Positions 41,025 through 53,782 of a DNA stretch of 64,000 bases are shown here, piece by piece. The DNA is from the human T2T-CHM13v2.0 reference genome, Homo sapiens. The first letter of the stretch is position 1, and every line of letters begins with the position of its first letter. The notes below the pieces were generated by a model. It searched no databases and was not told the origin of the DNA. It saw nothing but the letters and a program-made list of their open reading frames with translations. Position numbers and translations under genes: made by a program. The stretch lies in assembly GCF_009914755.1 (NCBI RefSeq), contig NC_060929.1; one strand, given 5' to 3'.

Positions 41025-41280
41025 TATCGAGGATAAGAGCATGGGCTCTTGGAACCACACTCCCATGACTAAATCTCAGTTGTATTACTTACTAGCTATT
41101 TGACTTTGGACATGTTACTTAAATTTTTTCTGTGTCTCCACTTCCTCATCTGAAAAATGGGGATAATTATGTCTAGGGTTGTTGAGGTAGTTGAAGATTC
41201 ATTAGATTATGAATTATAAAATACTTACAATGAGTCCAGGCATATAATTGAGTGCCATTATAATGTTTATCTTCACTGTT
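41025..41280 (+). mobile_element. MIR SINE, near full length
   Basis: taagagcatgggctct...acttactagctatttgactttggacatgttacttaa...ttcctcatctgaaaaatggggataat. Confidence 0.85.
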
Positions 41281-44200
41281 AGCGTTGCCAACGATTAATA
41301 TTACAATTTCCAAGTGAGTCACTCTGAGGTACAATAAATGATTAAGCTGAACACCTAGGTTAGGGCAGAGCAGATAAAAAGCCAGAAGAATACACAGAGA
41401 GGAGAACTAAGGCCCCTCCCTCCCTCCTCAAACTGATCGGATGTTTGTTCAGGGGGACGGGGGACAGGCGGGGTGGCTACACTTGGTGGGTGGCTTCGCT
41501 GGGAGGCTGGACCAGGAGAGCATTCCCACTCTTTTCTTCCTCGACTGAATTTATCATGAAGTCTTAAAAACATAAAGCTGCAATGAATATACTGAAAGAA
41601 ATTAGACTCTGAATGTCAGTTGTTTTCACTCTGTCAAGTTGAAAAAATTGAGAAGGAAAGTGGCAACGGGGCTCCTGATCCACTGGAAGTCCTTGGGGAA
41701 TTCATTAAATACTTGCTAATTGACTGAACTTGCCTGTTCAAAGGAAACTTGGAAATGTATACGCCTTCAGGGAATAAATCATGGCGTATACAATCCACTA
41801 AGTATCTTGCTTCTCAGGAGTAACCACAGAATATGGTTTATATGTAAGTTAAATATTTAATTGGTATAAATATACTACTGAGATCACTGAGGCAAAAATG
41901 TGAACATTTTACTTCTACTTTTTAATGACTACATTTTGGGCCATTATGCTTAAAGCTAATACCACAAAAATTTCTGAATTTTGTAGCACAAAAATATTTT
42001 AATATGACTTGGTTATTTTCATTGATATGCGGAAATAAATGTGTTCCATGAAAAGCAAATACCAACTGCTTCCACTACCCATTTAATGTTCAAAAATATT
42101 TTTATGGAAAAACCTAAAAACAAAATGGCAAGCCAGGAGAATTGGTGCCTCTGGGATTAGAAGGTCAGAAAATTACCTAATCTTATTTCTGCCAAGAAGG
42201 GTTACTTGCATTAAAATGACAGCAGTCACCAAGGCACTGGGAGGAAACACGGGCCAGGGGAAAACGGGCCGGCTGTATTTTAGAGAAATCACAAGCACAC
42301 ACATGGGCTACAAGAGAAATTATATTTGAAAAATAAAATGGAACTTCCTCATTGATTAGTCTCAGCTCCGCGATAATTTCTGACTGATTCAGAAACTTGC
42401 AAGGCTCTCATAGAACCCAGACAAGAGCTTTGATGTTGGCTGGATGCGACACACTGCCGGTGATTTAATTTTGTCTAAGGCAAGAACACTGAAAAACAAT
42501 CAGAGTCATCTCATGCCTGAAGTATCAGAGTTGTATTATTTTCCAGTGACAGCAGAAAAATAATTTCCATGAATGAGTATGGTTTGGGGAGCTGGGGAGG
42601 GAAAAAACTGAAGTAGGGAAACAGAGGTGGAGGAAGCATGCTTTGTGGATTTTCTCTCCTTTACCAAAGAGAGCTCAAAAATTTCTGGCTGCAAGACTGA
42701 TATCAGACAGACATCAAGAATGCAGCTATATCTGGCTTCCCTCATGGCATAAGTAGCACTCACAGCAAAATGCATGCAACCAGTCACTTAAACTCAGATG
42801 CAAAAATTACCAGGCTTTGGGGGTAGAGGCACCACTGTTGAAATAGACATTAAATCAAACTGATGAGCTTCTGGCACTTTTCAGAAAGGCAGTAATATTT
42901 GGAAACATTTTTTCCTGTTTTTTTTAATCAAAGCAATTATTTCACTAAAAACTGAGAAATGAAGGGAAAATGCCACCTAAAAAAATCACTATCCACAACT
43001 AATGGTAGAATTTTGTATATTTCATTCCAGTCTTTTCTCCTATTTCCTATTTGGCAATTATACATGACAGATGACCCATAAGAAAGCAAGTCCTGCATTT
43101 CACTCTCTCTCCTAAAAAGACTCTTCAATAAAGCTTTTAAAACAAACTAACAAAAAAATCCTGGTGCTTTACGACAGACCCAATTTTGCTTACAGATTTT
43201 CCCCAAATTTAAGATTTTGTTATTGGTTGTATACAATTCAAAAATGAAGGCTGTTAATGCTGAGTTCATAGTATAAACAAAGAGACCAGAGATTAGAAAA
43301 AAATGTCAGCACATTTGATTAGTTTCATCCTCCCACATGCCAATGGGTATGGGATGTGGAAAGACTGCAATTCCATTCTTACCATGGTTTGCCTCGACTA
43401 TCAAGGTGATCCAATATGGCAAGAGAAAAAGACTAATGGTCTCAAATTTTTAACAAAATGGCATTTCCAATTTTTGTAAAATGGTTGTTTAGAACTTAAA
43501 ACATATTTTCCAAAGAAGCAGTTACAAGAAGAGGTACATATTTCCAACTTACTCTGCAACATCTATTTAATTCCTGGGTTTAAACAGAGGTAACAAAGGT
43601 TTTAAAAGATGAGGTAACTATGACAATTCATCGAAATGTGAAGAGAATATTCATGCATATGTTTTTTTTCAATCTTATCCTTTAACGTCTAGTTTATTTC
43701 TGCTTTTTAGGATATATAACATTAATACAGTACTAAAGGTATTTAATTTGTAAATATACATAAATTGGACATACAAGCTGTTAAAGCTCTAACTTTATTT
43801 AAACAGAGAAGTTTGGACACCATTAGTTGAAACAATAACATCAGCATTACTTTCATTTGCTGCCATACTGATGACAAGATCTCTTTAGAAAAACATGTTC
43901 CATGTTTCAGTGGGGACGGCCCCAGGAATAAATCTGCCATGGAAACATCCAGTATACTGTGGGTCTCTTTCGGAGATAAATTGGGTAATAGGAGTTTGGA
44001 ATCCCAAAAGGGCAGCTCTGAGAGGAAGCAGGGTACTCCCTTTCTCCAGGGGGTCCTCGCATGCAGCAGAGTTCTCAAACACCTTTAGTTTAGGCCCCTC
44101 TTAACCTGGTAAGTGGAGCAGACCTTGTCCTCATACATTTTTAAAGGGTTTCAGTCACACACTTGCTGAAATCCATTTGTGGATTTCTGGGACCATGATG

Positions 44201-45829
44201 CCAGAGAAGAGGATGTGGGCTCAGCCATAACTAAGAAGGAACTCCGTAGTAATGTCCAGATGGGGAAGAGGACTCGAGTTCTGAGACTTCAAAGTGCTGC
44301 CCATTTGTGGCAAACACTTCATTGAGAAATGGCTTCTGTGGATGCAGTCTAAGCCTGGGGTGCTTATTTTAGGCAACTATGGTATATACACTCACTTTTA
44401 TATACACATTTCTCATTTGTCAGATTTCCCACGGTGAACTGGCAACTCCTCTCTGGGTGAAATCCAAACGTGGTGGAAGACAGATTCCTGGTTCTGGGCC
44501 AGGTCCTGTCAGTTTCTGATCATTACCTGGTTTTCTATTTCCAACTCCATTTAGGTGACTGAGTCTCCACACAGAGCTCAGGTTGAGCTTTAGACACAAA
44601 TCTCATCTGGTCATTCATTATATGATTTGTATCCTCCAGTGGCTTCTGCCTTTTTGAAAAGTCCAAATTACCTACTCTTTTCTGGTCTCCTATTCTGCAA
44701 ATTAAATCTTCATAAGTGATTATACTTTCCACATATGGAATGGAGGGTGGTAGAAAGCTGTCATGTCGGTCTCTCCCATTCCGCCACTCCTCTGCCTTCT
44801 GTGTGACTGCATAGGGAAGGACAGTCAGGATACCCTTCTCCCCAGCAGAGTAGTTGGCCCGGTGTTGAAAACTTGACCCAATTAAAAGCTAGTGAGAGAG
44901 CAAGGCCTAAATATACCCAGGCCTCAGGATCTAGCCATGGGTAAGTCACTCCTGGACTTATATGAGCTAATATTATTATTATTTAAACTAATTTGAAGTC
45001 CGTTTCTAAACTTTCCACTGAAATAAACCTAGAACTCAGACCATATTGAACTAACCTGCTTATGATAGGTGTGGAATCTGTTTATAAGGCTTTGAAAATA
45101 ACTATGTTTACATCTTTCAACTGAACAGGACATAAGTCGATGGCATGATTCATGATATCCACTCTAGCATATGTAGCTTGACTCCACTGAATCCACTCCC
45201 CTTCCTCTGATACGTCTTCTTTAATACATCAGTGGCACTATTTACAGCAAGGATGGTTTCAATGGAGGTTGCTTTAATATTACATTTCCCTTCCTTCAAG
45301 AGTCTAATGCCAACTGTAACAGGATTTCTCATCTTTTTTCCTATACTCAGAGAGCAAACTGGGCCATTTAAATCACCCAGTTAATGTACCAGTTGCTGTT
45401 GAGGAGCAGATGGAGGTCTGCATTAGACTCCACCAGAATCTGTGCTCCAGAAGGCACAGCCTCAGGACCAGAGGAGCTGAGAACACCTTGAGGACCAGAC
45501 CCTTATTCACAAAATAAGGAGCTGGGTACTAGGCGAGGAAGTTATTTGACTCAGAGCATCACGGAGTCAGGTGAAGAAGACACCTTTGCCCCATTCCACA
45601 ACACTGCTCCTCCAGGACATCATGCAGCTCCCACACAAGGAACAACAGCCAGATCCTCTGGATGTCCTATAAATTAGTTGAATCAGAAACTGAGTAATAT
45701 CAGTGTGTCATTATAGGTCATTTAGAAATAGCTTTAGTTTCATAGTAATAATAAGCTCTGAGCTATATGACATATTGCTCTAAACTGTACAGAAACTCAA
45801 CTAACTTGCAGTCTTTTCTTAGGAGTATA

Positions 45830-46680
45830 ACGTAGGCTTCTGGTTAAATGTAGCAGATTGACTACACACTTCTCACCTTTCCTTTCCAACAATGACTAAA
45901 ATGATAGCAAATAAAATAAAAATTAAAGAAATAGCTAAGGGCAAGAGACTAGGAGGGAAGATAGCAGAGGAGTGATTTCAACAAATTTTGGAAAGACAGA
46001 ATAGACAGAATGATGCCCAATTTAACTTCCTCAACTCTGCGATAGCCTAAAGAACCTACGGAGGAGATACCAAGAAAAATAATTTACTCTCATAGAAACC
46101 CAGAGAGGCTCAGGTTTGGAGAGACTGTATACCACAAAAAACAGGAGTGAGACATGAGGCTGGAAACTTTAGAAACTAGTTGTAAGTTTATTTAGAGAGA
46201 GATTGGACCTCCAGGTCTCTGCCTTAACCCTTCACACATACAGGACTACTGTCTCTCACCTTGACCACCTTCCCTAAAGAACAGAGAACTCTGTGATATG
46301 AAGACCACAGACCTCAGTTACTACAGGCTTTGACTGAAATCAAAAAAGGTATTACATGAAAGCATGTAATCTGAGCCAGGGGTCTCCACTGTTCCTTTCC
46401 TTCTCCAAAGTTTCATTCTGCCAAATGTTGGAAGCCAGGCCAACATCTCCAAAGTAGACTAGACAAGTCTTCTCTGGAAAAACTGCAAAGACATTCAGAT
46501 TGACAAACACTTGGCTCCAAAGCCCACCTGTTGGCTAATCCAGCTATTCCCATAGAGCTTCAAATCAGATTTTTTACATTCTTTTAGGAAAAAAACAGGT
46601 GGCCATATATTCAAGGAACTAATCCAGCAGAATAGAGAACGACCAAATCAAACAACAGTATAAAATGAACACCCTCCTTC
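45830..46680 (+). mobile_element. Probable ancient L1M 5' region relic
   Basis: ggcttctggttaaatgtagcagattg start, A-rich text, ttctctggaaaaactg, aaagcccacc resemble L1M 5' UTR; highly diverged. Confidence 0.45.
46209..46443 (+). repeat. 235-bp local duplication, copy 1 (probable donor)
   Basis: About 94% identical by hand count (14 differences) to 48027-48262. Confidence 0.97.
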
Positions 46681-46759
46681 TCATAAACCACACTGTTTTT
46701 CATTGCTTCTAACTCCTTACTGGTGCTAACCTAATCCCACATCATAGGCCATCTTTGGC

Positions 46760-47340
46760 AGTAGACCAATACTGCAAGGTATACCCAGATTCATTAGAAA
46801 TATTCTGGACTTAAGCAAGATATTAAATTCTTTCAGAATACCATTTGAGTTCATGTGTGTCAGGAGAGTAATAGCTAGGCTGAAAGACTAAACTTGGAGA
46901 AAAAGCCTTCAGTGATATGTTACAAGGCATTCATTCTAGTATATTCACATCATTGGTAAGTATGTCAATGGTATAATTCTCAAACTTCTGGATGACACCA
47001 CTTTAGGAGGAGGAACAGCCAATATAGAAGCTGAGAGAACCAGAACCCCATCCAAAGAGAATCTGAAGAGATTCAGATAATAAAGGACAAAATTAACTGG
47101 AAAAAAAATTAAGTCTTACATTCACATTTAAAAACAACTACGCAAAACAGAGATATGAATTAGTAAGAGTTAATTATTAGTTTTTTTTTTAATCCCTCAA
47201 GAATCTGGGTTTCCTATACATTCAGTGACTCATCAATGAAGCAGCTGCCCAAAAAACTAATGCCTTCTTAGACAACAGCAGGAGAGGCAGAGTGCCCAGG
47301 GCATTGCACTTCAAGAGGGTTATGAACAAGGAACATGACC
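46760..47340 (+). mobile_element. CR1/L3 LINE reverse-transcriptase relic
   Basis: 46979-47011 translates LKLLDDTTLGG (CR1 RT motif KFADDTKLGG); 47241 onward AAAQKTNAFL (CR1 AAKKANAIL). Confidence 0.75.
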
Positions 47341-48026
47341 ACACGGGGGTAACCAGATGGACACAGTTCAAGACCATGCACCACAGAGAAATGTGCTTCC
47401 CATCTCGGGTACTTCAGAGAGCCATTCCCTTCCATCTCACCAAAAGGAACAAAAAACTGTGTACTGTGGAAATCGAGAAAGCAAAGCCGTGACTTTACCA
47501 AAAGTAACAGGAGTCAGTCAGGCAAGACCCGGACAAGCTGGGTGATAGGAGCCAGTGGTGGTGAGAGTTTCCTCTCCTCAGTGAGAGCGAGATCATCAGG
47601 CAAATGCAATTCACAATGAGATATCATGGAGGGAAAGTCTGTTTCTCTTGAACTACTTACTTTAAAAAGTTTAAACCAAAATATCCAATGTAGTGGTCTA
47701 ATGAATTCTGAAATGAACAACTATGCTTTCTGCCTATTATCTTACAATCAACATTTTTAGCTTTTTAGCCCAGGTCTAAAAATGGCTGTTACCAAGCATG
47801 TGTTTTTGTTTTTTTTGTTTTGTTTTGGTTTTTAATGGAATGGTATCATGTACTGGCATGATCTAGAAGTAGCTACATCAGCCCTCTTCTGGTAATGAAT
47901 CATCAGCACATATAAATGGAAGGTAAAGACAAGATTATTTTATTAAAAGAAACAATTACTAACTCACAGGGCAACAAAGCTTCGGCAGCTATAGGATACT
48001 ACTTGTGAGTATCCTATACTCCTATA

Positions 48027-48262
48027 CTCCAGGTCTCTGCCTTAACCCTTCACACGTACAGGACTACTGTCTCTCACCTTGACCACATTCCCTAAAAGAA
48101 CAGAGAACTCTGTAGTATGAATACCACAGACCTCAGTTACTACAGGCTTTGACTGAAAGAATAAAAGGTATTAAATGAAAGCACATAATCTGAGCCATGG
48201 GCCTCCACTGTTCCTTTCCTTCTCCAAAGTTTCATTCTGCCAAATGTTGGAAGCCAGGCCAA
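48027..48262 (+). repeat. 235-bp local duplication, copy 2 (probable insertion)
   Basis: Direct repeat of 46209-46443, 1.8 kb downstream, with a complex left junction. Confidence 0.97.
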
Positions 48263-49679
48263 ACCTTGGTTTCTGGAAAACAATTCAAAGGCGCTGGCCA
48301 TGCCTAGTGTGTTTATCCTTCTTTCTGTTTAAAACCGGTCACTGGCTCAATTGCCTCCTGAACGAAGTTAGCAACTCCCAGCCAGGAGCTCAGGCCTTGA
48401 GGACGGGCTCATGGCTCTGGGACACACCTCTCAGGACTGCCCTCCGTTTGCCCAATGCTCTAGCCAAGCAACAACATGGCAGTTCTTAGCACACCTAGCA
48501 TTTCCTTCTCTCTTTCCTTGCTTCAGCTCTGCTAACACCCTTCCTCTGCTTCTGCCACCCATCCAACACCCGGCTTGAGCCAGATTCAAATTTTGTTCAT
48601 GGAGCCATGCAATGGATTGGAACATCAATATAGTTCAATACCCACCAACAGTAAACAGATGACAGGATCCATTCTACACTGCAGGCAAAGTCAACACACA
48701 CAAATCTGGTTAAGATGTGTCTTTGGATAGCATACATGGAAATATCAAAATTATCTAAATCTACATAATTGATTCTAATAGATCTGGCTTCTCTAATAAA
48801 TTTGTAAATGGGAACATGCCTCTCTCACCCCCAAATAGCATATGTAATGTGGATGTAATTGTTGGCCTCAGCTAATGATATATTTTTAACAACACAAGGA
48901 ATGATCATCCATATTTTTATGAAATGTAGATCTGTAAAATAAATACAGTTAAATAATCTACAAGTAGGTTTACAACTTAAAGCCTACAGGGACAAATATA
49001 TTTTGATCTTCCAATAGCTAACACTTTGAGCAAATGGAGGAAATACTCCAAATTATGTAATACTCTATATAATCTCTAGAGTTAGAATGAGAATGTGTTT
49101 AACATGTGCTCTGAAGTTAAGCCTATACATTATGAAACTTTAGACGTTCCAGCTTTAAAAATAAAAAATAACAGCTTTAAATAACATTTCTAAATACAAC
49201 ATTTGGTTACTAGGAGTCTCTCATGATTGAAATTTACTTAGCCTGAAAGATGAAATGTCAAACTCCAAATGGAAGGAAACAAAATTAGTGCAAGTCTGTA
49301 TCTACTCTTCCACTAGAAAAATGGTTTCACTAAGTGAGTTTACTGATTTCCACTCTTGGAGGCTAGAAGTAAAGATAGCTAAACAATAGGAAGAGGTGCT
49401 TCCCTAAAGTAATTAAGAAAACAATGTTTCACTTTACTACTATCCTCCAAGCACCAGATCTATATATTTGTATAAGCACAGCACTACCCAAATATATATA
49501 AAATGAAAATCCACTATAACAAATTTGTCAAATAAAATCTGAGCTTCTCCACTGTTGTTCAGGCAGCAATACTGCCCACAAGTATGAGAAACTTAATATT
49601 GATTAGCCATTGTGGGTTAAAAATTCCACAGAAGTGCCATATTAAATCATTCGGGTAGCTTTTGCTTCTGGAAAGCACA

Positions 49680-49974
<295 letters not shown>

Positions 49975-51749
49975 TCAACCCAACCTTGAGGGACAAACCA
50001 AAGAAATATCTTATGTCCTCTCTCTTGTGTTCTCCAAGTCATCTGTTTTTTTTTAACCCAATGAAATATTTTAAATATCTCCACAAGCCATAAACAACCT
50101 AACTGGTCAGGGAAAAAGGTAAGCAAAGTAGAATTTAGTCCTTGCCACAACCAAGCCTTATGTCCTTGAAGCAACCAAGGACATAAGGCCAAGAAGAGGT
50201 ATGCCACCAGGATAATAGCAGGTTTGGAATCCACTGTGAGAAACAAAACTCCTGGTGATTAATTTTGAAACTGTGCTACCACCCTGTAACCTTCCTAGAG
50301 AATATAAGGCTTCTCAGTTTCAGCTTCTCAGTTTCAGTAATAAATGTCTGACAAAGCCTCATACTTTTATTTTCTCCGTTTTTCATCCCTTCCCCACAAA
50401 TGATGGAAAATCCAAAGGAATCCTAGCCATAAAGAACTCATACTGTGACAATTTAAAACCCATTCAATCACAGCAACTGCCACTTTGAAAGGAAAAAAGT
50501 CACCAGGAGTAGGGGCCAACAATGTAATCAACATCTAATGGGATCAGAAAGTGTATGGAAGTCTGGGCTTCTCATGACACTGAGGCCAAGGAGAACAGTA
50601 TTACTTCAGAGGTTTCAGAAAAAGATCTTGTTATAAAGGCTTTTGAGATAAGGTCCCTGCCAAAAATATTTCCCGAGGGGAAGATGGGGAACAAAAAAGA
50701 ATAAACTCTTGGTAGAAAAGAGAGACATTTAGATTTAGTTATAAAAGATGGCTTACTAGCAGAGAATTTGATAAACCATGGAAGGACAAGAGCCTGTAGC
50801 CAGAATTTCAGGACTCCAAAACAAGTCACATTCTAGACATTTTAGGGTTCTGGAGGCAGTTAAAACATGTTTCCACTTGCTTGTGGAATAATCTCTAATC
50901 AGAGGTTCAATACAATGAGATCCCTACCCACTGAAATATTTACTTTTTAAATTGATAAGCTGAAAAGTTCATCTTTTTTAAAGCAATTTCTCGTGAAGTC
51001 TCATCTTGATTTAGAGGAAGAGGGAAGTAAAGGGGAAAAGCCTACCCCACAGAAAGAGGGGAAGTGACGTTACATTGTGAAACTTAAGGGAGGAATTTCA
51101 GCCACGGCTCTAGGGCGAGGGGTTGTGTAGGAGAGAAGGAATGGCTTAATTTTTAGGAAAACAGGAAAGCCAAGTGACTACTTTGGTGAATGCTGGAGGA
51201 ATGGAAAGCAGCAGCGAATCCTATTTTGGATACAGAGGCTGAGAGCCAAGTAAATGAATCCCAGGCGGAGATACTGTCTTTTGTCTCCAGCTGTCAGCTT
51301 TTTTCTTGAAAACTGTCTCATCACTTTCTGTGATTGTGGTTAGGAAAAAATCCTACTTTATCTTGTGAACTTTTTATTGTCTTCCTGAAGTTATGTGTTA
51401 CTTCTGTAAAGCACTCTACTCTCCTTGTTTAATCATCACAACAGGGAAGGGGAGAGGCTTGCAATGCAGTGTTTCCAAATCCAATCACTGGAGTCATTCA
51501 CATAACATTAGGTTTAGGACCTGAGAAATAGATTCTGAGGTCACAGACCAGCCCCCTTTATATTTAAGCAGGAGGCAAAAACTGAAGCTAGGAGAGATCC
51601 GGAGTCTTGGCAAGGCTCTCTGCGACTTCCAGAGGCTTTCTTCACTCAGTCCACTGTTCGGTCCATTTCAGAGTCTGCTCTTTCACCTTTGTCCTCAAAT
51701 GGTTTATGACAAAGGAAGGTGCTGGACACTGGAAAGGTAACGTCTTAAG

Positions 51750-52740
51750 ACATGACCCCTGCCCTGGAGTAGTTTACACATATGGAGGAAGGTAGGGCGT
51801 ATACTTGAAAACATAAGTGATAATATGATTAGCAAAAAATCCTACAGGAATCCAGAAGTGGGGGTTTCATCAAGGGGCAACTGACAAAAGCTTTGTGAAG
51901 GCAGGTGCATTCAGTGGAAAGAGTAGACAACTAAGGTAAAGACCATGTTAAGAAAGGGAGGGAGATGGGAGAACTATAGCACCCCCAGCACACAAAGGTA
52001 GACCTTGGAATGATGGCTCATGATACATTTAAGTCAACAGAAAACTAAGTGAAGAGTAAAGAGAACAAAGCAGGAAAACTACAGAATGCTTTCAATGGCA
52101 AGCTAAGGAATTGAGACTATTTTCTAGATAGTTACTAAAGATTTCTACTGGTAGAAATTTCTTCACATGGAAGTTTTAGTAGAAATAAAAGTGGTATATA
52201 CAAGGCAGCGTCTTAAGGATCACTCTGGAAATACAGTACAAGGTGGACTGAAGAAGGGCTGGAGGCAGGGAAACTGAGAGGAGACTCAGCAGTTTAGGAA
52301 TGAGGTGATGGGGACCGGTCCACAGAGGGACAGATGGATGTAACAAAGGACGTCCTAAAGGAAAAGTAAATGGGATTTGGCCATCTACTGGATGTGGAGC
52401 AATCAAGGCTCTCAATCTTCAAGTAGAGATGTATGGGAGAATGGTGTCACCATAACCAGAGGGAGGGATGATAGACGGCAGCAGGGGAGTGTATGGTCAC
52501 CTATGAAGATATATCCAACAGCCATTTACAAGTCAGATGCTGAACTAAAGCCCTGGAAAGCCATCAGGAAGCACAGTGTTGAGAGTCGCCCAAAACCAAG
52601 AGCCTAACCTTGAGGGTGAATGAGATATCCAAGGAGTCCCAGATCTCAGCCTGGGGCACACTTCATAGTTAGGGGGCTGGAAGAAGCAGAAGTCAGGGAA
52701 GGGGGCAGAGAAGGAAAAGCCTCAAAAGGAAGCTAAGAAT
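51750..52740 (-). mobile_element. L2 LINE fragment
   Basis: gacccctgccctggagtagtttaca, caagctaaggaattgagact, ttaaggatcactctgga, actggatgtgg, atggtgtcacc, tgagatatccaagga. Confidence 0.75.
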
Positions 52741-52753
52741 AAAGAAAGCATAT

Positions 52754-52897
52754 ATCCTGGTTACTCCAGGCTGACGTGGGAGGATTACTTGAGCCCAAGA
52801 GTTCCAGGTTACAGTGAGCTATAATTGTGCCACTGCACTCCAGCCTGGGTGTCAAGAGTGAGACCTTGTATCTATTTAAAAAAAAAAAAAAAAAAAA
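52754..52897 (+). mobile_element. Partial AluJ/FRAM-like right monomer
   Basis: gggaggattacttgagcccaagagttccaggttacagtgagctataattgtgccactgcactccagcctggg plus poly(A). Confidence 0.9.
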
Positions 52898-53113
52898 GAT
52901 CACACATAAAAGAAAGGCAGGAGGGAGCTTTACAACTCAGTAGTACAGTATTAAATGCCCAAGGAATCAAAGTAACAGAACACAGAAAAACACACTGGAT
53001 GGGGTTATTAGATCATGGGCATCAAAGCAGGTACTATGCTCAGTTTTATGTTACTGTCACTTCATTGCCTCAGTAAATATAAAAATAAATTTTATATCTG
53101 AGTAAAGTCGATA

Positions 53114-53202
53114 CAGGATGAGCATCCCAACTTTGAAAATCCAAATCCAAAATCCAAAACACCTCTGGCCCCAGGCATTTTAGATAAGGAATTCTCAACC
53201 TG
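53114..53202 (+). mobile_element. Internally deleted Tigger4a (MER46A)-type mini element
   Basis: TA-caggatgagcatccc ... aaggaattctcaacctg-TA: both TIRs and TA target duplication in 89 bp. Confidence 0.8.
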
Positions 53203-53474
53203 TATATGAAGAGTATATGAAATTGGCTGCTTCCCAAATTTCCCTAGTGTTGAAACCCCGGTTGACCCTCTAAATGCCAAGAGACATAGTTCAAGTCTGG
53301 TTCGTCCAACATATTCACCAAGAAGGGTCTTGAATAGCAAAGCTATTTCCACCTTCCTATCCCATGTTAACGGTAGGGTTTTGATATAAGATTCCCCTCA
53401 GCAGAAACAGGACAGAACAATGTTCCCTGGTTCTCAGTGCACATGCTGCATGTGCTCTCATTCTCTCTCTCTTC

Positions 53475-53782
53475 TTTTTTTTTTTTTGAGATGGAGTCTC
53501 ACTGTGTCACCCAGGCTAGAGTGCAGCGGCATGATCTCAGCTCACTGCAGCCTCTGCTCATTGCTGCCTCCGCCTCCTGGGTTCAAGTGATTTTCCTGCC
53601 TCAGCCTCCCGAGTAGCTGGGATTACAGGTGTGCATCACCATGCCTGGCTAATTTTTGTATTTTTAGTAGAGATGGGGTTTCACCATGTTGGTCAGGCTG
53701 GTCTCGAACTCCTGACCTCGTGATCTGCCTGCCTCGGCCTCCCAAAGTGCTGGGATTACAGGCGTGAGCCACCGCACCCAGC
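53475..53782 (-). mobile_element. AluS (Sg-like) with internal 16-bp duplication
   Basis: Antisense dimer; ctcctgacctcgtgatc; gctcactgcagcctct followed by gctcattgctgcctcc. Confidence 0.95.
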
